Positions 25,046 to 40,075 of a DNA stretch of 64,000 nt are shown one piece after another. The position numbers and the translations under genes were made by a program. Location: the NCBI GenBank assembly GCA_964016885.1, contig OZ024741.1:335234001-335298000 (forward strand). Reading direction: 5' to 3'. Under the pieces are notes generated by a model. The model had not been told where the DNA came from. It made no database searches and worked only from the letters and a program-made list of their open reading frames with translations. The DNA comes from Eledone cirrhosa (Eukaryota). Every line of letters begins with the position of its first letter. Position 1 is the first letter of the stretch.

Positions 25046-26454
25046 CATATGTATGTACAAACAGTTCTAGTTGGTGCAAGTAGAAGCAAGCTGTAAAAAA
25101 GAAACACTGAGAAAAACCTGGGCAGAAATGGTTAGAGCTGATCTCAAAATGCTGAATATCACTGATGAGATGCCCACATTCTTGTTGGCCTTATGACTAA
25201 ATTAGAAATAATTATTAATCTGTTTCATCATCATCATCATCATCGTCTAACATCCATTGTCCACGATAGTATGGGTTGGACAGTTTTGTCTCACTTGAGG
25301 CGAGATTGGTCAGGAGATGTGTCTCACTTGTATAGAACTGTTTCTGGCAGGTTTTCTGCAGCTGGATATCCTTCCTAACACCAAACCACATTTACAGTGT
25401 GGACTGGCAGACTTTTTACTGTGTCTCCTGTATGACCACTTTACAGTGTGCACTGGGTGCTTTTTGTTATGTCACCTACATGACCTCTTTACAGAGGACG
25501 GAAATGGGAGGATGGAGTAGGGTGTGTGGGGTGGAGTGTATATTGGGTTAGACATAGATAAACACTAGGATTTTTTCAACATGCTGTATATGTGTGTTCA
25601 TGTATGCATGTGCATATGCATACATTTATATGTATGAGTGTATAAATATAAACACAAAACACAAGCACACTTACAAAAATACACACTCACAGACACACAT
25701 TTATACAAATACATATGCATTCACCACTCATGCAAACACACACACACATACATTTACACAAACACACACATACATATTCACTCACACACAGCATAGCAAA
25801 TGGAACGCCAGCCGCTGTTTTGCTATAGTATTTTTCACCATCCCCTTCCTTTTACACACACACACTTTCACACAAACACACTCATTGTGTGACAGACGGG
25901 TGGAAGTAGCTCAAATTTATATATAGATATTAAAACATAGAACCAAGGCCAGTTTCAGGTGGTTTGGTATCAAAAGTATTAAGATGGCACTATATGATTT
26001 CAAGGAGATTTTACTGCTATTTCTAATAGCCAGATGAATAACTACACCGAGGATTCTTTGTTCTTCTTGTGAGGCCCCTATATTGGTTCACCAGGTGGTG
26101 GTGTTAAATTAGGTGACAGATTAAGTCTTCCACTCAAACTTAATTGATGAGTTTCATTTGAAAGTTATCTTATTTACCTGAATATTTATTGGCAACGGGG
26201 TTTAGTGAATTCCAGAGGAAATTACTGCAAATGTTTTATTTGGTTAAAGTCATTAACTCAACTTTTCCGTTTGACACAATCTTGTATCAAATCATTTGCA
26301 TCTCAGCTATTTATTTCAAACATCAAAGTTGAAGCAATGGTGAAGCAAAACAGTAACTAATTTCATTTATATATAAAACAAGCATATGTTTAGGCACTCA
26401 TACTGAGGGAAAAAACACACACACACACAAGCAGTGTATTAACACACTTAGAGA

Positions 26455-27620
26455 CATAAACACACATATAGACCTATGCACACATATGGACATAATCACA
26501 CATATGAACCTATACACACGCACAGATACAAACATAGAGCATATTCATGCATTAGACATATAGACACACATAGACATATACACACAGAGATATAGACATA
26601 AACACATATATGAACCTATACACATACATATAGACATATACACACATATGAACCTACACCCATGTATAGACATAAACATACATAGACATATACATACATA
26701 GAGGCATATACACACATATGAACCTACACACATATATAGACATAAACATACATAGAGATATATACACACATAGAGGCATATACACACATACACATCTACC
26801 CATAGAGATATAGACAGAAACACACATATGCATCTACACACATACATATAGACATGTTGGCATATAGAGACCAACACACACATAGAGACATACACACACA
26901 TACAGGCATATACACACACATGTATATACATAAACACACAGAGACATATACAAATATAGACGTATACAAACATATAGGCATATAGACATATATACATACA
27001 CACATATGCACCTACACACACATATAGATATATGGATAGATTTTAAACCTATACACATGCATACAGACATATACACACATAGACACATATACACGCATTC
27101 AGATCTATACATGCACATAGGCATGTACACATATTTTAGTCCTACACACACAGATATATAGACATATTCACACACATAGATATGTAGACATATAGACACA
27201 TATACACACATACAGATCTACACATACACATAGACATATACACACATTTTAGTCGTACACACACACACACATATATACATATACACACATACAGATCTAC
27301 ACATACACATAGACATATACACACTTTTTAGTCGTACACACACACTCACACATATAGACATATACACACATACAGATCTACACATACACATAGACATATA
27401 CACACATTTTAGTCGTATACACACACACACATAGACACACATATAGACATATACACACATACACATCTACACACACACATATACATATACACACATACAG
27501 ATCTACACATACACATAGACATATACACACATTTTAGTCTTATACACACACACACACACATATAGACATATTCACACATACAGACATGTAGACATATAAA
27601 CATATACACACACACAAATA
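26455..27620. repeat. Complex CA/TA-rich minisatellite
   Basis: Recurring CACACATACAGATCTACACATACACATAGACATATACACACATTTTAGTCGTA units. Confidence 0.85.
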
Positions 27621-28264
27621 TTTTAATTTGACACCAACAAAACTGTGAGGTGCCACTATAAAATTGGTGTCAAAGAAAGCTGTGATATAATCAGAAATGG
27701 CCAATTGTTTTAGAAAATAAAAAGACACACAAAAAAAAAATAATAATAAATGAAATGAAATAGTGGTTGAAAACTTAAATCGGTTTTTAAATTTATATCA
27801 ATATTTTATTTTTTTACCATTTTTTAAAAATAAATTAAAGAAAATAATTCATCATATTCATCATCATCCTCATCTACTTCATCTTCTCTTTCATGCCTCC
27901 TCTCCTTTCTGGTCTTAATCAGATGAAAACCAGAAAGAAGAGGAAGCATGTAAAAGAACAGTCATTTTGGAGGTCACAGGATGTGTGACAAAAGAACAGT
28001 TTTTATATATTTTCTGCTGAATCATTATAGTATATTGTGAGTTAAATAGAAAGCCTCTAAAATGGGTGGTTTTGTTTCATAGAACTAGAGCCATTTTTGG
28101 TTAAGTTGGTATCAAATCAGTTAAAGAGAATATTAATATAACTCCATATTGAGAAGTTAGAGCTGAAATACTTGCAATGAGTGTGTGGGGGTGGGGGTGA
28201 GGAGGTCGTCTCTGGAGACCTTCTGCTATCCAGCTCTCTCTCCCCTGAGAGTTTCTTACCACTA

Positions 28265-28460
28265 ATAATTGTTTCTACTTTTAGGCACAAGGCCAGCAAT
28301 TACCCAGTGCATTACTGGTACGGTACTTTATTTTATCGACCCCGTAAGGATGAAAGGCAAAGTTAACTTCGGCAGGATTTGAACTCAGATCATAAAGGGA
28401 CGTAACTCTATGCTTCAAAGCAGGTGTCCGACTCTCTACCGATACTGCCAATCCACTAAT
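28265..28460 (-). mobile_element. Nin/Deu-domain-like SINE
   Basis: Reverse complement of the 45473-45660 unit. Confidence 0.85.
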
Positions 28461-29146
28461 AATATGCGTACATCCAAATCACATATTCAATGCTGTGGAT
28501 ATATAGGTATTGGTACTTTTTGAGCTAAATCTATTTGTAAAATTATTAATTCGTTCACAGATGTGTAGTTTATACAATAGATAAAACCAGATAGAAAAAT
28601 GTGTGAGCAGAAGAAATTTGAATTACCAAGCAAGTCATGAGTTGAATGAAAATGACATGATATTTTAAGCTATTAATATTTGGTAGTATATATATATATT
28701 ACAAGGGTAGCCTGAAAATTGTCAGGTGTTTACAATCACACACACATCATCATCGTTTAACATCCATCTTCCCCGCTAACATGGGTTAGTCGGGTTTGTT
28801 CCATTTGATGCGGGATTTGTCGGGAGACAGTGTCTCGTTGATACGGAAGTGTCTCTGGCAGGTTTTCTATGGCTGGATGCCCTTCCTAACACCAACCACA
28901 TTTACAGTGTGGACTGGGAGCCTTTTTACCATGTCTCCTACACAACCACTTTATACACACACACACATATATATATATATACATGCATACATACATATAT
29001 ATAGATATACACATATATATATATATACATACACACACATACACACGCATATACATATACACACAGACACATGCATACATATATATATATATATATATAT
29101 ACATATATGTATATATATATATACATACCTATACATATATGTCTAT

Positions 29147-29535
29147 CTAGGGCAGGTAAAATTCCCGAGATCCATGGACGAGTTCTCTCCAGAGCTCTCT
29201 GTCCCTCATTATCGCTGCCATCTCCTGCATCTCCAACAGACCAGTGTCTGTACTTAGGGCATCAACATATGTTAACTTTGGTCTTCCTCTTCCAGTGTTT
29301 CCATGCAGGGGCTCCCACAGAAGCACTGAGTGCAGTGTCAACTCTGGATGTCGGTGAGCATGTCCAGCTAACCTCAGTCTCCTCTGTGTCACTTTTTGCT
29401 GACTTTTGGGAGGCTCCCGTACAGCTCTGAGTTCTTCAGAAGAAGAACTCAGAGCTGTACGGCAGCCTGAGTGTATACTGATCAATGTTCAGAGCCATCC
29501 TCAGAATTCTCGTGTAGCACCCATCCACTATCATG
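29147..29535 (-). mobile_element. 5'-truncated RTE-related LINE 3' end (family 3)
   Basis: DGCYTRILRMALNI...KNSELYG..RRLRLAGHAHRHPE..VLLWEPLHG..GRGRPKLTYVD..MRDRELWRELV. Confidence 0.8.
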
Positions 29536-29542
29536 CATATAT

Positions 29543-30384
29543 ATCATCATCATCATCATCATCATCATCGTTTAACGTCCATCTTCCACGCTTGCATGGG
29601 TTTGGACGGGAGTTTTCCCACTTGAGGCAAGATTTGTTGTCCTGCTCGTATAGGACTGTCTGGCGGGTTTTCTACGGCTGGATGCCCTTCCTAACACCAA
29701 CCATGTTTACAGTGTGGACTGGGAGGTTTTTACCGTGGTACCTACACGGCCACATTACAGCGTGGACTGTGTGTTTTTTTGTTGTGACATCTACACGACC
29801 TCATTTGTTTCGGACTGGATGTTGTGGTACCAACATATATATATACATATATATGTATATATCATCATCATCATCATCATCATCAACGTTTAACGTCCGT
29901 GTTCCACGCTTGCATGGGTTTGGACGGGGGTAGTCCCACTTGAGGCAAGAGTGATTGTCTTGCTCGCATAGGACTGTCTGGCAGGTTTTCTACAGTTGGA
30001 TGCCCTTCCTAACACCAACCACATTTACAGTGTGGGTCTGGGAGGTTTTTACCGTGTTGCCTACACGGCCACATTACAGCGTGGACTGTGTGTTTTTTTG
30101 TCGTGACACCTACACGATCTCGTTTGTTTCGGCCTGGATGGCGCGGCACCAACATAACTTTACATGGAACGGGGTGGTGTGGATGGGGTGGGGGTGGTGG
30201 CGGGACGGGGTGTAGTTTGTTAGAGATGCCTACTGGCAAGGCGGGTCTTCTCTGTTACTGAGTACCGCCAAAGGTCACGGTCCAGTGACATTGTCTTGGA
30301 GAGGTGTAAGTGTATGAGGTTGGAGTTTATCAGCTCATCCCATGTTTTTCTAGGTCTGCCTATTCCGTGGCTACCGTCTATCTT

Positions 30385-30385
<1 letters not shown>
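29543..30385 (-). mobile_element. Two adjacent RTE family-2 3' ends (29543-29833 and 29860-30385)
   Basis: 29860-30238 is nearly identical to 21562-21930 and includes [15 protein letters not shown]. Confidence 0.85.
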
Positions 30386-30420
<35 letters not shown>

Positions 30421-31817
30421 TGCATGTGTGTGTGTATATGTATATGCGTATATATGTGTATGTGTCTGTATGTATGTATATATACACATAAATATATCTG
30501 TACATACAAACATATACACATTATAAATATATCTGTACATATAAACATATACACATTATACATATATATATATATCTGTACATATAAACATATACACATT
30601 ATATATATATATATATCTATACATATAAACATATACACATTATATATATATATATATCTATACATATAAACATATACACATTATAAATATATTTGTACAT
30701 ATAAATAGTGTAGAATATAGATTCCTATAATACATTATTAAAAATGTATCTAGGCTGTAGTTTTGTTTCTTTTATTAGTCGTTTTTCACATTAATTTATT
30801 AGTCTGTTATATTTTGTTTGAAACACTAATCTTTCAATGTTCATCCATGTTTCCTAAATTTCCTCATCTTTGCTGTTTCAGAAACTGCCTTCCCACTGGC
30901 GTTTTTATAGTCGTTTTATTGTCTACACTAAAAATTCCAATACCTGTCTATAAATGCTAGGACACATTAAATGTCTCTATAGATATAAAATGTTAATTGT
31001 GTAAATCATTGCTTTGAAGATTTTCTCCCTTCTCTTTCTCTCTCTCTCTCTCTCTCTCTGCCTTTATCTCACTTTCTCTTTCTCTCTATCTATATCTTTC
31101 TTTCATCTCTCTCCCTCTCTCTCTCACTTTCTCTTTCTATCTGTCTATCTATCTATCTCTTTCTTTCATCACCACTTCTCTTTCTCTCTCCCACTTTCTA
31201 TTTCTATGTCTATCTATATCTTTCTTTCACCCTCCCCTCTCCCTCTCTCTCACTTTCTCTTCTCTTTCTTTCTATCTGTCTATCTATCTATCAATATATT
31301 TCTTTCGTCACAACCCCTCTTTCTCTGTATGTATGTATAGATAGAAAGATATATATATATATATTTATATATATTTCTTTCACCACTACTCCCACCACCT
31401 CCCTCTCTCCAAATAATGGTTCAGATAATAAAATTAGTATAATAAAACAAATGGTAGTCATGAACAGATGCACACATAATTTAGTCAAGCATTCTATAGA
31501 ACAATGCAGGGATAAACTAAATACAATAGATGCAACAACAGATACAACACCAAGTGAAATGAATAGGAATCATGTATAAATTATTTTGAATAAACCATAT
31601 TCACACATTCACACTCTGATGATAGAATATATGACCGATGTGTCAAGAATCTCATCAACAAACACAGGAACAGATTATAACAATCTTGTATTACATGGAT
31701 CCATAAAACTATTGTTTATAAATGTTTGATTTTCTGAGCAAGGAGTAATCATTAATATAGTAAACTAATTTATTTGGACTACTTTCCTCACATTGGTTGT
31801 TATATATATATATATAT

Positions 31818-32167
31818 GGAGGCACATGGCTTAGTGGTTAGAACAATGGCCTTGCAATCGAAAGGTTGTGAGTTCAATTCTCAGACCGGGTGATGTGTTG
31901 TTTCCTTGAGCAAGACACTTTATTTCACATTGCTCCAGTTTACTCAGCTGTAGAAATGAGATGATAGGGACTGGGGTCCATATCATTCCACTGCAAAGTG
32001 GTCGTGCAGGTGCCACGGCAAAAAAGCACCTACCACTCACTGTAAATGAGGTTGGTGTTAGGAAGGGCATCCAGCTGTAGAAATCAAGCCAGAATCAGTT
32101 CCCATCCAACCCTTGCAAGCAGGGAAAAGCGGACGTAAAATGATGATGATGATGATGATGATGATGA
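31818..32167 (+). mobile_element. Full-length tRNA/CORE-like SINE with bipartite RTE-derived 3' part
   Basis: A-box TGGCTTAGTGG, B-box GAGTTCAATTC, CCTTGAGCAAGACACTT, then GGTGTTAGGAAGGGCATCCAGC and tail CCCTTGCAAGCAGGGAAAAGCGGACGTAAAA(TGA)n. Truncated copies at ~39390-39595(+), 42957-43232(-) and 43900-44187(+). Confidence 0.85.
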
Positions 32168-32890
32168 TACACCATTTCACATTAGACCTTATTACTCTCC
32201 TCACATTGGTTGTTATATATATATACACCATTTCAGTCATTAGACCTTACTACTTCCCTCACACTGGTTGTTAGATACACACCATTTCAGCCATTAGAAC
32301 TTACTACTCTCTTCACATTGGTTGTGATATACACACCATTTCAGTCATTAGAACCTACTACTCCCCACACCTTGGTTGTTATATACACACCATTTCAACT
32401 ATTAGAACCTACTACTCTCCTCCCCTTGGTTGTTACATACACACTGTTTCAGTCATTTGAACCTACTACTCTCCTCCCCTTGGTTGTTACATACACACTG
32501 TTTCAGGCATTAGACCCTACTACTCTCCTCCCCTTGGTTGTTACATACACACTGTTTCAGTCATTTGAACCTACTACTCTCCTGACCTTGGTTGTTAGAT
32601 ACACACTGTTTCAGTCATTAGACCCTACTACTTTCCTCACCTTGGTTGTTATATATACACCATTTCAGTCATTAGAACCTACTACTCTCCTCACCTTGGT
32701 TATATATATACAATGTTTCAGTTATTAGACCCTACTACTCTCCTCACTTTGGTTGTTATATACACACTGTTTCAGTCATTAGAACCTACTACTCTCCTCA
32801 CTTTGGTTGTTATATACACACAATTTCAGTCATTAGACCCTACTACTCTCCTCACCTTGGTTGTTATATATACACTGTTTCAGCCATTGG
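32167..32890. repeat. 54-bp minisatellite, ~13 units
   Basis: Unit ACACCATTTCAGTCATTAGAACCTACTACTCTCCTCACCTTGGTTGTTATATAT. A partial unit at ~31778-31810 lies on the other side of the SINE. Confidence 0.92.
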
Positions 32891-32939
32891 ACTCTCTAAA
32901 CTTTTTCAGAAACATCACAAGTAACTAATTAATAGGATT

Positions 32940-33263
32940 ATATCTCGATAGAGTGTGTAGCTCGGTGATCAGTGAGTCACTCCAGGTAGGGCTGCTACGT
33001 CTTTAAATTGAGAGATCAATGCTCCAATATTATGGACACATGGTTATAATGTCTTAGGAAAGAATTGCTGTACACATTTTACTGGAAAAACCAACCAGCA
33101 AGAGGCCCAGGGGTAGAAACCCCTAGCAAAGTAGTTGGATAACAGCTCACCTGGGTTAGGGATCCAACTGGATCAGTTGGAGATGGTCGCTTCTGACAAA
33201 ACCGACAGGAAGGAGTGTTTGCAGACTCTGCCCCTTACCAAGAATAGATGAAGAAGAAGAAGA
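32940..33263 (+). mobile_element. Degenerate Rex3/Expander-like RTE 3' end with (GAA)n tail
   Basis: Homologous to 2716-3225 in the opposite orientation. Confidence 0.6.
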
Positions 33264-35362
33264 TATCTTGAGAATGCAGAGCTGGATTAAGTTTTATTTG
33301 TGGGCTCTAAACACTTAAATATTGTGATATCGTTGATTCAATTCCTCAACAGGGTGCTGCATTCTGTTCCTAACCAAAACATTTTAGTTCACATTGCTCC
33401 AGTACACTCAGCTAACAGTGACTACCAGCAGTAGGTGGGAAGTTAATCCTGAGATAGACCAGCATCCTGTCCATGGGAAATCTTGTACTCTCAGTTGCTT
33501 AATGCCAAGGAAACTGCGGATAAGGATTGGCCTAATAAGCCTTCGGGTGAAAACAGACTTTAAATAACTAAACATATATAGTCTACAAAACAAAATCTGT
33601 TTATGAATGACAAATACAATTAATTTAGATAAAACAGAGCCTCTCTTCTTTTGGTGCCATAAGTATGTGTTTATTTTGCTTAATGTTTAATCCAGCCCTG
33701 CCAGCACAGATAACTAAATGGGAACAAGCTCTACCTATGGTTTGAATAAAAGGTTTAGTTTGAAATTCTAAGGATATTACTAAAAAGGATAGACACCTGA
33801 GGATAAAATGTCCAAAATATTGTGATTATAACAACGATGGTGAGAACACTAGTTCAAATAAATCATTTTATTAGTAATTCTATATTATATGTTAAGGGCT
33901 GAAACACTTGCTTGAGGTGGTGGGGGGTGATTCTTATCTGAAGGCCTTTTGATGTCCAGCTCTCCTGAGAGTTTCTTATCACCATATGGACCTCCACCAG
34001 TCTCAATGATGAATATTCTAGTTGTCCAATCAACAATACAGCTTGCTCATGAAATTAATATATAACTGAGTGAGCGTTCTAGAGATATGTGGACCATAAA
34101 TATAATTATCATATAATCATCATCATTATCGTTTAACATCCATTTTCTATGCTAGCATTGGTTAGACAGGTTGTCCCATTAGAGGCAAGTTGGGTCAGGT
34201 GACCGTGTCTTGCTCATATGACAACTATAATTTACAAATGCACATATAATCATGAATATTGTAAACTTCATGACATTAACAGGCTTGTTTTCTCAATGTA
34301 TGTGTAATTCTGATTTCAATTAATTAATATTTTGGAGTTACTATCTCTTTACTTTGATAAGGTTTGATTAATAGTACTTATTGAATCTATTTGAGTTTAT
34401 GTATCCTCTCTCCTCACTGCAAACATAATTTCAATTAAGATTTTCCTTTTTTTCATCTCTACATTAAATTCATTAGCTCTCTAACAATTACTGCCTAGGA
34501 ATTTATAGTAGCTCATAAGTTCTTGTTATAATAAAGTAAATCAACTACAATTTAACACTTTTGATACAAAACTGCCCGAAACTGGTCGGGATTTATGATA
34601 CAAAACTTGCACATTTTAAAATGTTTATCTTTATATTAAAACCTTTCATCATGATTTTATTTAAGACATTTTTGTAAAGTAATGTTCTATATATCAGTTT
34701 TTGTAAAGTAATGTTCTATGTATCAGTTTACTAATGAAAGAGTTGTTGCTTATTAAATTCCTCTAAATATTTGAAAAACCTAAATTAATTGAGACATATA
34801 CAGTGTATTTCACTAGAAATATGCCAATGTAATGGTTATAATAAGATAAATCAACTGATACCAACTCGATACCAAACTATTTGAAACCAATACAAAACAG
34901 CTCATTTCAAAATGTTTATAATGAAAGAGATAGTTATTTTATTAAATTCATCCAAATATTTAAAAAATTTAGAATGCTTAGACACATAGGCAGTGTATTT
35001 CGCTAAAAATATGCTAATCATCATCAATCATCATCACTGTTTTATGTCCATTTTCCACACTAGCATTAGTTAATTCTTAACAGTCTGTCCTGCCGCAAGA
35101 AAAAAAAAAAGATTAGCAAGACAAGACATTCTTGATAATGTAAACTAGGGTATACTATGTTTGAAAAATAAAATAGTTTCATTGTTTAGATAAAATCATT
35201 TGGTAACAAGCTTAGTTTGAGCAAAATTAACCTGCAGCTAATACTTCAACATTTATTGAGGTGCGTCTACTAGGTTGCTTAAACTCTTAGAAATAACAGA
35301 CGGTTTAACCACCACACACACACACTCTGCCATACTCAAGAAATGACATAAACAATGTAGTT

Positions 35363-35845
35363 ATCATCATCACCTTTCTTACGTCTGTTTTTCCATGATT
35401 GCATAGGTTGGATGGTTCCTTTTCAGTACAGAATCTCTCCACTCGTGAGGTTCCTTCATCATCTCCTCTGTGAATCTTAGCAATTTGAAATCATCTCCCA
35501 CCACATCTGTCCATATCTTTCTAGGCTTATGGCTACTGCAGCTTCCTACCACTGGAATTTATTGGCACTTCTTCACCCAGCATTCATCATGTATGCACAT
35601 CACATATCCATGCCAACACAATCTTCTCTCTTTCACACCACTTCATATTCCTCTTAAACCCAGTTTCTCCATCAGTTCATCCAAACTCTGTCTTTCTCTC
35701 ACATTTACAATGCCCATCCAATGAAGCATGGTTGCTTCATTTCACTCCAGCCTACACAAGTCTTCTGCAGTCACTGCTCATGTTTCACTGCCATACAGCA
35801 TCACACTTTGCACACAGGCCTCATACAACCAGCCTTTTGTTGTCA
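35363..35845 (-). mobile_element. Degenerate 5'-truncated RTE 3' end
   Basis: Reverse complement resembles ~48670-49150 (LYEACVQSVMLYGSET). Confidence 0.7.
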
Positions 35846-36339
35846 TAAATATGCAGAAGGACAAGATGGTCACACCAGGAATGTCTTTAATCATAAGCCT
35901 GTTGGTTCAGGGCTGATTATATCATATGGTAGATATTTGTTCCTGCTACTAAATGTTGCTCAATTTTGGCATAGCTTAGGATTTATTAGGATGTAACCTT
36001 TTTTCCCCTTATATTTCCAATGAAATACACTGTCTATGATTTTCAAATAATTTTGAAAATAATAAAAAAAATTGGAGACCTTTAGTAATATAACTAACTT
36101 GGTGGTTGGTGCATAACTTAAAGGTTTCTCTTTTGATACATATAAATAGTTTTAAAATAAAGAGTTTTGTATGTAGAACCTGAGCCAGTTTCTGGCAGTT
36201 TGGTATCAGTGCCATATTTCTTAGGAAAGACCCTGACTATTTATTATTTTCAAAATAATGACTATTTATTATTTTGAAAATAATCAAAAATTTGGAGAGA
36301 TTTAGTAATATAACTAACTTTCCCATATTAAGCTGGTAT

Positions 36340-36710
36340 AATGGCAGTGGATTTTCAGTAATCAGTAGAGTATCCTAAAAAATGTTTTGCAGTATATAGT
36401 TACATCCCTTTACATCCTGCGTTCAAATTCTGCCAATGTCAGCTTTGCCTTTTTTCCTCACGGGTTCAATAAAATAAAGCAACAGCATTGCACTGGGGTC
36501 AGTTTAATCAACTTTCTCCTTCCTCGAAACTTTTGTCCTTGTGCCTAAATCAGAAAACATTCAGCACAGTTACGTCCCTTTACGGACTGAGTTCAAATCG
36601 CGCCGAGGTTAACTTTGCCTTTCATCCTTACGGGGTCGATAAAATAAAGTACCAGTAATACACTGGGATAATTGCTGTCCTTGAGCCAAAAGTAGAAACA
36701 ATTATTTAGT
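36340..36710 (+). mobile_element. Two tandem Nin/Deu-domain-like SINEs
   Basis: Two co-oriented units, the second lacking its head. A single copy lies at ~37530-37760. Confidence 0.75.
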
Positions 36711-36981
36711 CAGTGTCTCTTTTATCATAAAATTATGATGCAAGATTTTTAGATAATTGTGTAAACTTTAAAATAAATGGTTTGTATCAAAGAACTAGGG
36801 ATGGTTTTAAGCAGGTTGATATCAAAAGGATTAAATCTAATTGGGTATCAGAGAGAGACTGTATTTGAAAGACAGATAGATATCACCATAGTAACTAACT
36901 ACAAAACAAGTGATGTTTTTCCACCAATACTCCCAACCATCGTTGCCAACTTGAGTGCTTGTTACTCAAGCATTTTATGTT

Positions 36982-37030
36982 TGGAAAAATTGTTCGTGAT
37001 GAGAGGGGTTCGTGAACTGAGGTTCCACTG
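36982..37030 (-). mobile_element. pogo/Tigger-like TIR remnant
   Basis: Minus strand CAGTGGAACCTCAGTTCACGAAC resembles Tigger-type termini; no partner TIR was found. Confidence 0.4.
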
Positions 37031-37859
37031 TGTGTATATATATCATTATAATACATTGTTGGTTTGTGTGTCTGTCCATTGCTGCTGACAACAAGATTCA
37101 GCTTTGTACTAACAACATAGAAGCAGGTGATAGCTATATATATAAAAGAAAGAGAGGAGATGAACATATACACACAAACTTTCTCAAATATGTACAGTTA
37201 TATATATTCATAAATATTCATTTGAAAATTACTTATATAATGTGTGTGTATCTACTTGTCAATGCAATATACATACACATATGCATGCACACATATCACA
37301 ATAAAATGCACCCAGTACACTCTGTTAAGTAATAGGAGATAGGAAGTACACCCAATTGTAGAAACTGTGTTAACACCTGAACTTATGTAAGTGATATGAG
37401 GCCTTTGGCATGTCTAGAAGAGCAGTATCAACTGTAACAACTTCTCCGACCCATACCAGCAGGAAAAAATGGACATTAAATGATAATGATAATGATTTAA
37501 TCACTGGTGCCTCTTCTTATATACATTCGGGGTGAATTGGCAGTATCAGAAGAGCATAAGTCAACATGCTTTATGGCATATAGTTACATTCCTTATTTTG
37601 ATGGATTTACGATCTGAGTTCAAATCCCGCCGAGGTTGACTTTGCCTTTCATCCTTACGGGGTCGATAAAATAAAGTACCAGTGATGTACTGGGGTTGAT
37701 TTAATTGACCTTCCTCTCTCCAAAAATTGTTAGCCTTGTGCCTAAATCAGAAACCACATATTCATTCAGGATTATATATTTATATTACATAGCTCAGCAT
37801 ATTTCTCTCCATTCATACAAGTTAAACAAGAACTTTTCCATCATTCCCTTTTCTTTATT

Positions 37860-38400
<541 letters not shown>

Positions 38401-39656
38401 TTTTCACTTTTATCAATTCAATTCCATCAAACATTTCACTTGCTGTTTCATTTTGTTTATTCCCATCTCTATGTATGTTTACACTTCTATTATTTTCTCT
38501 CTGTTTAAGTAGAATGTTTTCCTTCTAATTATATCGTTTTCCTGAATGCTTCCCTCATGCGATGCACCAAAGAAAATTGGGTGGAAGTGGGGGGTGGAGA
38601 TGGAGGGGGGAAAGCAACATTGAAACAAACAGTGTGTTGTAATAAAACGAAGAAAAAAAGAATACAATTTAACTCCATTTTGAATTGTCTTTACTGCTAA
38701 TCATTTTCTCTTTAGAACCAACCACAACCATTTTTGAACCTTCCCTGTAATGTAAATTCCTTCTTCTTTATATGTGTGTGTTTTTTATCCATTTCCTAAT
38801 TGTAGTCAAGTGTGTTCTTGTTTTCATTGTGTGGGATGTTGGGATGTTCGGCGCTCATTGTCAGTATCAGATCAAAATATTTTTTTTCTATTTAACACTT
38901 TATTTTTTCTTCTCATAACATTCCCCACTCCCCATTTCATTCAATATCTTATCACCTATTTCTTCCTTAATTTTCTCCTGTAATATTTTGTCTGTATTGT
39001 TCTAGTTTTTTTTTTCTCTTCTCCAATTATTTACACATCATTAGAACATTTGTTATCATTCATTTGCCTCACTGATCCCTTTACCATAACAACCCACACA
39101 ACCCACATCCTTTGCCCAACACCAAACATTGATGAGCTACAAAAGCTATATGTAACAACCACTCTTGTCTGAATACTTCTTTCAGTTTGTCAGCAAGTAA
39201 TATTATTCCAAATGTATAAATTTGAAATTATTTATGATACTTACTTATTGAAGTATTAAGTGATGTTTGCGAGGATGTTTGTCTGTTCCAGCTCCTCCGC
39301 TTTTTATTACCTTCAGTAATGCTGTGTGTGTTTTGGGTTACCTGAAAAAATTTGTAGAGGACAATACAAGCATTCCTTTTTGTCATATATAAGATGATAG
39401 GACTGGGGTCCATATCATTCCACTGCAAAGTGGTCGTGGAGGTGCCACGGCAAAAAGCACCCAGCACTCACTGTAAATGAGGTTGGTGTTAGGAAGGGCA
39501 TCCAGCTGTAGAAATCAAGCCAGAATCAGTTCCCGTCCCACCCTTGCAAGCAATGAAAAAGCGGACGTAAAATGAAATGATGATGAAATGATGATAACCA
39601 TGAGAGGATGTATGTAATTTTCTTTCTTCTTTCTGTCATATTTTTGTTATTTTTCA

Positions 39657-40075
39657 GAGTGGTAGATTGGTAGTATATGCTCTGTGGCATATAGTTAAGG
39701 CCATTTACGCTCTGAGTTCAAATCTTGCTGAGGTTAGCTTTGCCTTTCATCCTTACGGGGTTGATAAAATAGAGTACCAGTAACACACTGAGTTCAATTA
39801 CATCAGATTTCCCCTCTCCCCCAAAATTGTTGGCTTTGTGTCTAAATCAGGAGCCATTTATTTAAGGCAGTGGATTGGTAGAGATTTGGACACCATGCTT
39901 CATGGCATATAGTTATGACCCTTTACTTTCTCAGTTCAAATCCCACTGAAGTTAGCTTTGCCTTTTCTCGTTAAGGGATCAATAAAATAGAGAACCAATA
40001 ATACACTGCAGGCAATTTAATTGACTTTCTCATTCGCCCAAATTGTTGGCCTTGTGCCTAAATCAGAAACTAATA
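39657..40075 (+). mobile_element. Two tandem Nin/Deu-domain-like SINEs
   Basis: Head-to-tail units. Confidence 0.75.

Noticed and set aside
31818-31890. tRNA gene candidates (A/B boxes here and in other SINE heads)
   Set aside because: No complete cloverleaf; they continue directly into SINE bodies.
32167-32890. Regular repeat resembling a CRISPR array or a repeat protein
   Set aside because: Units are contiguous with no unique spacers, there are no cas genes, and the context is eukaryotic. It is a minisatellite.
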